A stretch of 61,437 bases of DNA, counting the filler. It is 10 parts of 10 records of this genome, joined end to end, with 100 filler letters (N's around TTAATTAATTAA, not from the genome) between each part and the next. Parts side by side here need not be neighbours in the genome. Positions count along the whole stretch, not along the records: positions 8,892 to 12,891 come from SRR15195285_1455; positions 12,992 to 22,453 come from SRR15195285_1457; 8 more parts are not named here. The stretch is one strand, 5' to 3'. Each line of letters starts with the position of its first letter. Position 1 is the first letter of the stretch. Under the pieces are notes generated by a model that searched no databases, was not told where the DNA came from, and saw only the letters and a list, made by a program, of their open reading frames with translations. The position numbers and the translations under genes were made by a program. Below, piece after piece: positions 8,892-19,100 of this stretch.

Positions 8892-11800
8892 CTTGGTGCA
8901 CTCCTCGCGCATGAACCACACGAGATTCGAAAAGTAAGGAACAGCGCAAGGAAGCACCATATCAGGCTTTCCCACTGCAAAGATCTGCAACGTGCACTGC
9001 CGCACCGCAACTCGAACCTCGGGATCAGTATGATTGTAATGCGATAATATTAAGACCTGCATCGAACGACAGCCGTAAGCAGAGCAGCATGTGGGGCGCG
9101 TGGGGCGAGAACAAGCACAGCCAATGAACTCACAAGAAGTCGCTTGCTCAGTAACGGAATGGTCCTGTCGTCCAACTGGGTCGTCATCATTTTGACGAAT
9201 TGGCCGTCAACTGCATCGGTCGGCTGGCTGGAAGGAAGCTGGGGTCCAAAGTTGCCGAGAACATGTTCCAGAAAAAGGTGCTGACAAACATTTGCAGGAA
9301 GAAGCTCCCTCGCTGTGGCATGTTGCGCTGGCTCAAGACTGCCGAGGAATTTGGTTGCCAACTCAGCTAGATAGTCGGTCCCAAGATTGCTCACGTGCCA
9401 TGCTTGAGCACCCCTCTTCAATTGAACTGGCTCCTCTTCGTGACCTGCACTCAACTGCACCAGATGTTTGTTGGGCCCAAATAAGGCCCATTCCATCCTC
9501 GCATACGTAGCTTCTCCCATGCCATCGACGTGAATGCAGGTTCCAGCCCGCACTTGGTTGTCTTCTTCTCCGTTCTGTTGCTCCACAAGCTTGGCCGACT
9601 CCACCATGGCCTCCCACTGTAGTTGCAACGTTCTCTCTGGCCGTCGTCGAAGGTGCAGCAGTAGCTCCGGGTAGGCCTGTGTCGTCTCAAATGACACGTA
9701 CTGCCGCCCAAAATTGTGACCAGACGTTTTCAGCCGGTGGTTTTGACTCCAAAGCAGGTCTCCTTCGGTGCCTGTGACAGAGTGGTACAGCTCATTAGGT
9801 CCAGCCTCCGGGCGTGCCGGCGGACGCTGAAAACCGGCAGCACCATGGCGTCCAACGGGCGGGCCCCACTCTCCACGAAGCCCGGGCTCAGCGCCAGCTG
9901 CGTTGGCTGCGGCATCCCCGCGCTCTGATCGGCAGCGAGCGCCAAAGTCTTTGCAGTAGCCGAGCGCTACTTTAGCAAGCAATAGGTCAATCTTAGGCGC
10001 AGCGGCCAGCTCTTGGTCTGTATTGCCGTTCAACCACCCACAGCCGTATGCGACGGGATATATGGCGTGTTGCGCAAAGTACGTGCCGGCGCCATACTCT
10101 CCACCGCCAAGCCGCGGATCAAAACCCACCGTGCGCGACATAATCACTTTTTCCACCACTTCCGGCTCTGCATAATGAAACAGTTCCATCTCGTTGACTG
10201 CGTCTTCTCCATACTGCTGCGCCAGCTGCTTTTTGAAGTCGCAGTATTTGCGCCACAACACCTTGTTCTGGACTCGTTGCACACCAATGAGCTCGAAGTC
10301 TGCCAGACTCTCGGCGATTCTGTCCTGGAGACCCGCCCAAAGCCTAGGCTCGACACTCTTGTCAACGTCCACGAGCTCAACGTCGTGTCCATCGTCCATT
10401 GTTGTCCATGGCTGGTCATTGTGTCGGCTTGCCGCAATAATCTTGCACACACGCTCTGCACAGGCCTGTGCCACGTGCTTTTGTGCCACCTGCTTTGCTT
10501 GGTCACCGTGGGCGGTGTCGATCCGTGCCAATTTGACTGCGTCCAGAGCATCAATTTCGCCATTATTAAAGTGCAGCAGCATCGCCTGGAAGGTCAGCAG
10601 CCGCATCACGATCTCCTTCACCGTCAGTTCCTCGCTCAGCTCGACTGGTGGCTCAAGCATTCTGAGAAAGCTGCGAGCCTTTGCGACAGACTTAAAGGAC
10701 ACCACGTCCGGCAAGTCAAGCAGGTCAGTGCTGCTGCCTTCGACCACCTTGTCGTTCTCGAACCTGCCGTTGACTTTCCCATCTCGCAAAAGCTCGAAGA
10801 AGCTCTGTGAGAATAGACCTGGCACCCCCTCTTTGTGGCCGTCTTTCTTTCCCCTGTCTTGCATTTCGATAGTAATGGGGAATATCGCCTTGACGACTTG
10901 GCGCTTGTGCAGCTCGATTGCAACGATCCACTCCATCAGCACAAAATCTTCCTTATCGGTCTTCCCTAGTTCGACAAAGCCACGCAGACAGCTGCCCGAC
11001 AGCAACGGAGAGAATACAGTCGAGTTTGCCAGCCCGTGAATGAAATTTTGGTCGAAGCGCTGGCCGTCCACAATTCGGACCTTGTCAAGATACACTCGCA
11101 GACGATTTTCACGTCCAGGGCGCAGTTGAAGCTTGGAGGCCTGTGTGTACAGAACCTCGGCAAAATCCTTGTCGCACCAGACGCGGTAGGAGATGAATAG
11201 ACCAAATTGCTCGTTGCATGAAGAAGAGATGACCTCCTCTAGCGCAGCTGTCATGTCCACTGCTGAGGTGAATCGCTGTGTCAGGCCCTTCTTCAGCGCA
11301 CGATCTGTGAACTCAGAAATGCTGTCAGAAACCGCGCCAACTTCTTGGATCGCGTGAGACAGCTGCACAGCCTGCTCGTTGACGACGGAAAAGAATATCT
11401 TGTTCCTGTCGCTCTCCTCCGGCGCGAAGGGAAGCACGCCACTCAACGCGAAAAAAACGACGACGCCTAGGCTCCACAGATCAGTCTGTGGCGTGATCTC
11501 TTTGCCCACCTGAATCTGCTCTGGGGACATAAAGTGCGGTGTTCCAGCTAACGCCTGCAACGTGGCTGTGCCTGTCTGCATTGTCTTCGAGACCTCGTCC
11601 CTGGACTCGCGCTCGACGGCGGAGATGGAAAAATCGATCAGCTTGTGCATAACGCGACCGTCGACCCCCGTCATCATGATGTTCGAGGGCTTGATGTCGC
11701 GGTGGATTACGTGTTTACTGTGCATGAATTTCAGGGCCGACAGCACGTCGAAGACCATCTGAACAACCTCGAATTCGCGCATTCGACCATCCGGCGCGTT

Positions 11801-12454
11801 CTTGATACGTTGTTGTAGGCTGCCCTTCTCCAGCAACTCTAACACCATTCCGAACAGTTGGCCGTCGTCAGAGAGATGGTGTTCGTACAGCCCGCACACG
11901 TGTGGGTGCGCCACCCGCTGCATCAGCGCTGCTTCTCGCGCGAGCTTGTGCGGCTCGTCACCACAGGAGAACTTCACAGCGACTTCGCCGACATGACTGT
12001 CCATACTGCGGAACACCACACCATCAGCGCCGTGGCCGAGCTCCTGCTGGTCCAGGACCCAACGCCGCGGGTGCCACCTGTCCAGCACTGTCTGGAGCCG
12101 GAGCTGCCGTTCTGGTCCTGTCGTTGCGAGCACGGCCTTCCAACGAACGCTCAGCGGTGTCAACCCTTCGCGGGGTGACACAGCCGCCGGTGCTCGGTGT
12201 TCTGCATCGCTTCGCAGCTGTGCGCCTGCCTCTAGCAGACGCTTCGTGGCCTGCTCTGCATCTTCCTCTAGCACCCCTGTCAGCAACTTTTGCAAACGTT
12301 TGCCTTCCCCCCCCATTTTGTGCATCAACTCCTTTCCATCTAGGTCGTCCTCGACGAACTCTTCGCAGATCCTGGATGCGAGCTGTCCGTCAGCCGGCAG
12401 GTCGAGGGTCGTCACTACCCACTGAACGGTCTGGTCTACCGTCCACGACTCCAT
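8892..12454 (-). CDS. SAM - Ser/Thr kinase - TIR - PARP-like ART - CLEC16A/FPL-like fusion protein, 3'-truncated
   Basis: SAM: WTVDQTVQW...DLDGKELM. Kinase: GHGADG, VAVK, HRDIKPSN, DFS, GTPHFMSPE. TIR: FISYR, VYLDK, DFVLMEW. PARP: RVQN, NEMELFH, YGAGTYFA, LLAKVALG, QYVSFETTQAYP. Intron 9057-9133 (GTGAGT...GCAG) continues the frame into HYNHTDPEVRVAVR...AVPYFSNLVWF. Confidence 0.9.
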
Positions 12455-12891
12455 CGGAACGACGGCAGCGAGCGTGCTGGAAGGGTCCTTGGGCTCCGTC
12501 CGGACAACGGGACTCGGAGCCCGCTCCGCGCCCCGCGCCCACGCCCTCAGAGCCAGAGGGCCGCCGCGGCGCCGGTTAAGGAATTCGCCGTGCGGCAGCG
12601 TCTACCAAGCAGTGGTTCCCACCCGTCGCCCTGCTCGGCACATGGCATACCGTCCCGCTGCAGATCAGCTGTAGCGATACACGCCGAGGACCTGATGTCT
12701 GATGCGGTCACCGTGAGATTGGAAGAGCAGGACGATCCACCCCCAACCTGAAGTCCTGAACCCGACCATCGATCATTTTCTGCACCAGGCGCCGGGTTCA
12801 TCACAAAAAAATACAGAATACAGAATACATTTGGCTTACAAAGACACAAATGATTGACGCGAGTAGTAGTAGTAAAGATGATTTATCACAC

Positions 12892-12991
12892 NNNNNNNNN
12901 NNNNNNNNNNNNNNNNNNNNNNNNNNNNNNNNNNNTTAATTAATTAANNNNNNNNNNNNNNNNNNNNNNNNNNNNNNNNNNNNNNNNNNNN
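12892..12991. other. Artificial contig linker 3
   Basis: N44-TTAATTAATTAA-N44. Confidence 0.98.
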
Positions 12992-13105
12992 CCGAGAGCG
13001 TGCCTTCTCCCCGGCCAAAATCGCCAAATCGCATATGGCGGTTGGCGGCCGGGTGCGCCACGCCGGCGGTCCGGCGCGGGACGGACGCGGAGCAGAGCTC
13101 TCCGC

Positions 13106-13161
13106 ATCGGACTGCTCCGGGATCGGGCTGCTCCGGGACTGTCCTCCGGGACTGTCCTCGG
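13106..13161. repeat. Short compound tandem repeat just upstream of the probable start codon
   Basis: ATCGG[AG]CTGCTCCGGG x2 followed by ACTGTCCTCCGGG / ACTGTCCTCGG. Confidence 0.75.
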
Positions 13162-13170
13162 AGGTACAGT

Positions 13171-16100
13171 ATGGAGGGTGCACAGATGGAGCCGGAGCCG
13201 GAGCACGGACCAGGGGCGGCGGCACCCGAAGAGGAGGGCGGCAGGCTGACTCCGCGGGATGTTGTCGCAGGTGATGGTATAGCTCTATCCCCCGGCTCTA
13301 TCCGACGCCCGTCGCGCACGCTGTCCTTTCCGTCAGAGAGCGCGGCGTCAGAGGGCGCGGCTACGAGGGCCTCGAGGCTCCGGGAGGCACCGAGCAAGCA
13401 CTTCAAGACTATGCTGACCCCTCAGAATCGGAGCATGCTGGGGAAGATTGAGAAGCAGAAGGCCGACCAGAAGCTGCAGGCCAACCAGCTCGCGGATCTG
13501 CAGCGGAAGCTTGAGAGGGAGGCGCGCGTGATTGAAGCGACCATCCAGGCCACGGATTTGACGGAGCGAGGCCCGCTCTCAGGAGAGGTATCCAAGGCGG
13601 TGTGGAAGCGCATGATCCCTGTCGCAATCAAGGAGGACAAGAGTGGCGAGTGGGCAGGCGACCTAACAGCTGAGATGCAGCTTTTCCTCGACCTGCACCA
13701 TCCGCACATTGTGGCATGCTATGGTATACTGAGAGAGATAGGCTCGGACGGCCATACCCTCACCTCTATCGTCACCGAGAGGTGCTCCTCTACCTCCCTG
13801 GACCACTTTCTTCAGGGCAACGAAAACTGGATATGCTTTAAGGGCGCTGGCCGTCTCAATCAAATCAACCTACAGAAGGCAACAATTCTCCTGCACGTGA
13901 GCCAAGGGCTGGAAAAGCTGCATGACATGAACGTCCTGCACTGCAACATCAAGTGCGGCAATTGCATTGCTCCTTGGCATTCACGCGAGTATTTAGTGCG
14001 TTGCTTGTGATTATTGCTCGCTGCAGGTGCGGAAATGTGTTGCTGGACGGTGCCCCGGGTGAATGTGGCGAGTGCCACCACTCAGGGAACTGGAAGATCT
14101 GTGATTTCGGGGAAGCGAAGTTCCTCAACCCACCATTCGTTCGCTTCGCGCCCCCAATCGCGTGGCGCGAGGATTACACGCACAGCCTCGTCGAAAGCAA
14201 GCGTTTCCTGCCTGTGACGTCGTCACACCTTCGGAGCAAAGGCGCGAGGTTCTACTGTTATATCAAGCCTGGAGAGACGTTGTCCTCCACTGTAAGCAGC
14301 GAGGAATGGGTCCCGTGTCCACATGGTGGCTTCGCGTACCTCTTTGGCGATCTCGAGATGACCGAAGCAAAGGTGCTCTCCAATTTCGACGAGCGCAGTT
14401 GCGTCTTCCCCCAAACATTTGACGACGCGAATCAACAGCACGTCGCCCTTGATTTCCCCCGTCATCTCAAGCAGTTCGGAATCTTACCCGTCAGGTGAGT
14501 CTACACACTAGTCTACGGACCCCAGAGCGCGTGTATCGGATGGGGATTCTGTGCCTCCCACCACAACTAACGCCGAGTCACCGCAACGCCGTCAAATAAC
14601 CTAGATACAAACCGTTCCTGAACCTGGAGGAGGGCGAGCTCACTTATGAGATGCCTACATCGATAGTTGGCTGGCTCACGGCTCAAGGGCTCGGTGATGC
14701 TGCGCGCATCAAACAGTGGGACGCGATCACACAAAAGCTTGGTCATAACTGTGGCCTCCAGAATACGCTGTTAGAGCTATCGCAGTTGGAGCCAAGTGTA
14801 ATCGCGAACATTGCAGAAAGGATGGAGCTGGATCATCAGAGTCGATCGAGCATGATGCAGGCACACCAGAGTCTGAGCGACCTCACGGACAAGGCGACGG
14901 TGCAACTTGCGGTGCTGGGCGAGATTTTCGGCGACGTGATCAAGGGACGAATATCTGAGGCTTGCGACCTCCAGAATCTCACCGAATCTCTTCGGCGAAA
15001 GGCAAAGATCCCCAACGAAGCGACACACTTTGTCTGGGCGTACCAAGCTGAAGGCGGCGTTGTTGGCGCAAGGGAGGGATTTGCGCCGGGCGTGGGCTTG
15101 CTTACGCCGCCTGAAAGCGTCGAGAGCGAGCCGGGCTGCGACAACCAACCAGGAGCCGAGCAGTACCTTCCTGCTCATGTGCAAGATGCAGTTGCGGCGG
15201 CCAAGGAAGAGGAGGCAGCATGGGTCGACGTTGAAAGTTTTTTCACTGACGAGCAGAAGAGACTTATCGATACATCCTCCGGCGAATTTTCCTTTGTTTC
15301 ACAGGGTAGCTTCATTTACTTCAAAGCTGGCGCAGCAGATCGCCCGATGGTTCTCGGCATGAACGCCTTGGGTGTAGGCGAGAGTCTGCACTCGGGCACG
15401 ATAGATCGCGACGGCGTGCGTCAACATACAGCATACACCTGCCATCCGGTCGCCTAGGGCTGCCAAGGTAGCCAAAGACAAGCGTGTGTTGCCTCAGTCA
15501 TCACTTTCCGCGCATCTCGTGTTGCAGGATGACAACTCCATGACAGCGACGATAGCAAGCCCGGAGATGTGGGACGGTTTTGGTGCGTGAACAATGTCGC
15601 CAATACAACAGCTCTAATTCCCAGGTTCCAGGTGCGAATTGATCTTGGACTCGTTGTGTGACTTCGCAGGAATTGGCTTGGAAACAGACATTTACGCTTT
15701 CGGGATCTTGATGTGGGAGGTCTGGACCCGCTGCAAGGCCTGGCATTGGATGGGCGCCAACGCAGAATTTCAGATTTGCAACCGCGTCGGGATACTGAAG
15801 CAGCGACCGCGTATGCCGCCGTTTGTCGGCACACACCAGGCGCGACTCGCGGCGATGATTCGTTCGTGCCTTCACCACAACCCTGAAAAGCGACCGACCG
15901 CTGCACAGCTCGTCGAGGCGCAGCTGAACATGCACAGAATGATTAGGCACATTAGTCAGACTAGACCAGGTCCTGTACGCGAGAGTTCGGAGCACCTTAA
16001 GGGCGTCACGAGATGGACAGACGCTGTCACCAAAGATTTTGCAAGCTCATATGGAGATCAGCCAGATAACAGACAATTCTGGACGAGCGCTGGACAATTT

Positions 16101-19100
16101 ACTTTGCATCCAAGTCACTATGACAGCGACTCGGGGAAGTTTGCGCTCACAGTCACAGACCCCGATCGAAATGAGTGGATTGAAAATGCTCTTACGGGCG
16201 ACGAAGAGACCCCTGCTGAGTTGCATGCACCTAGAGAAACTTTGCCCCTAGAGAAACTTGGTATTGTGTTCAAACGTGTACACAGGAGTACTGGAGAAAA
16301 GATCGACCACTGGCCGAACATCGCCCATGTCGACGAGAGGTTCCTGGCAGCAGCATTCCCTGAGATCCGCGTGGGTGTGAAGCTAGAGGAAATCAACGGT
16401 CAGCCAGTTCCCAGGAGCTTTAAGGAGGCAGTGCCGCTCTTGAGGAAACGCCCGTACTCACTTCAGTTTTCAACGCTGGGAGATGCAGTCGAGTCAGTGT
16501 TGGCGCCATCGAAAACATTTGGCGTGTATGCACCGATGGTTGCAGCGGCCATAAAAGCTGGCATCCAGGCAGCAGAAATGGTCAACAGGTTTGAGACTGG
16601 TAGGTTACACCGCCAAACATTTCAGAGTCTAGGAAATCTACAGAAGTTAGTCTCTGAGAAGGACGAGCAACTTGAGAAGCTTCAGTCGCAGATGCTCGCG
16701 CTGGAAAGCTCCGTCAAGCAAGCGGACGGGCATAGTCAGACTACAGAATCTACGGAATGGGTGAACTTCTGCTGCGGACACCGTGGTTACTTTCAAAACA
16801 CAGACAGCAAAGGCGTGACACTGGTCAGGCCGTCAAGTTCATCTATATCTGTGCAAGAATGCGTAGAGTGTACAGCCGATTGTATCCACAGCAATTGCTC
16901 CAGAAAGTTTCAGTGCTGGTTTGAGCAAGCTGGGCGACAAGACAAAGAGCGCGCGGTCTCGAGCAGCTCTACTGTGTCCCCAGTGGCCACAGAAGAACTC
17001 AAGGAAACCCTGCGCCGAAGCGTTGGAGGCAATTGGGAAACAGACCTTACGCAAGACCTCGGCATCGAAATTGTCTCTCAACTCCAATTTATAACAATCG
17101 AGGAAATGCTTGAACACTACGGCCAGCGGAGTACTTCGGTGAACACAGAACTCGTGCAAGCAGTTGAAGTAGCGACGCGCACCCAACAATTCGTTTCAAG
17201 CGAGCAACTGGAGTCGTTTGGACATGCCGCAAAACTGGAGGAAGATCGTTTGAAAACAGAAAAGGAAACCTTGCTGCGCATTCTTGAGGCCATGCAGGCG
17301 GCAGCTGGTGGCAGCTCAGTGTCCGCGAACTACACCGATCCAGCAAAGACCCTATATCTTGCGATCCAAAGTGGTGATCATGCAAAGGCCGAGAGCATAG
17401 TTTCAAGTGCCAGTCAAAAAGATTTTACGTCACCGTCGAAGTGGGAAGGTAGACACTCGAGACTGCACGCAGAAGGTGGGAAACAGTTCTTAAGAGACGG
17501 TGAAATTGTGCAGAGTGAAGCTGATGCAGACGAAGCCACGAAAGGCATGTGCCTGGTCCACGTATTGGCGCGAGACTGCACGAGTTCTAACAGCGATTTG
17601 ATCAGCACAGCAGTTGGCAAGAGCATGCCTTCGGAACATTCTGAGTGGTCGAAATCGTCCTGCATCCTGTTTGCAAAATATGAAGACAGTCGCGCGGCTG
17701 GGCTAAATGTCGTTCAAGGATGGTCTAGGAGAGCTTCAGATGCAGGCAGTGGTTCAGGTCGGCAGTACTGGATACCACTCCATTTTGCAGCCCGGTACAG
17801 CACCAGTGTTGCGGTGATACAGTCGTTTTTAAAGTTCTACTCAAAAGATCAGTTGAGCTGTGTCGATGCAAAGAACCGTTTGCCGATGCATCTGGCATTT
17901 CAAAACCCAAACAAAGATGTTCGAGACGCAGTGTTAGAAGAATCCAGCAAGTACCATTTAGATCTGCCCATGCGAATCTGGGTCGCATTGCGAGACGATA
18001 ATCTACAGCTGGTAGAGCGTTATGTCCGTGATGCTACGGCTGAATCTTTTGCAGAGATGTCTCATTGGAATCACATGGACAATGGGATCGTCAGTACCAC
18101 TTCTACTATAGAGCTTGGAGGTCCACATGCGCCACGGCTTCCTGCTGCGAAAGCTACGGAACGTCTTTTTGCACTGCATGTCCTTGCTCGTGATTGCAGT
18201 GACGCCAGTTTGATCCAACACGCCATTTCTGTCGGCGGACCCAAGCTTTTGACTTTGGAAAGTGCAGGACCCGAACAAGCTAGGCCGTGGGACGCTGAGC
18301 AGTTTCTGCAGCTGCGACCAGTCCATTATGCTGCAATCTACAATCCAGCCGCACTTGTGATGATGGAACTTTTGAAGGTCGAGCAGACAGAGCAACTGGA
18401 AGGCCGGGGGCTGCTACATCTATCCAGCTGGGAGAAACGAAAGATTCCCTCACCTATAGAGCTAGCAGCTGTATGCGCTAAAAGTCCCGGTGTAATTGAC
18501 AGTATGCTATCTTGCGACAAACACTCGACATTCAATGATCAATGCACGGATTGTAAACAAACCGCTGCACGCCGACTGACTAAGAGAACTCGACGGAACA
18601 TGCTTCCCATTCATCTTGCTGCCATGTTCAATCCCAGTGTTGAGGTGAAAAACATTCTAGTCAAGAGGTGTGAAAGTTCACTTATGCACAAGGATATAGA
18701 CGGGCGCACGCCAATTCATGTCGCTGAGGCGTCTTTTGATGAATCTCTTCGACGGTGGCCTCGTTTGTTGGGTGCTTTGATGGGCCGGTACAGCATTGAT
18801 CCCGGACCTGCTACTCACTGCAGCCGGTCTGCACATGTTCTGAGTGGAAAAGATGAGCGATGCCCGATAGAGGCGCCGGTCAAACCAAGCTATATTGCTG
18901 TAAACGCTGACGCTGACAAGATTACTGTAGATGATCTCGCAGATCTATCTCCAATACCTGATATCTCCATTTATGCTTTCTTCACGGATGATGACTTTGA
19001 CCTGGAATCTCAAGGTTCCTCTCCGTTCAAAGCCCTGGGAGAGATCGAGTACATCAATCCCGAAGAGGAGTCCGTCTGGGTGCGCTTACTGTACTCGTTT

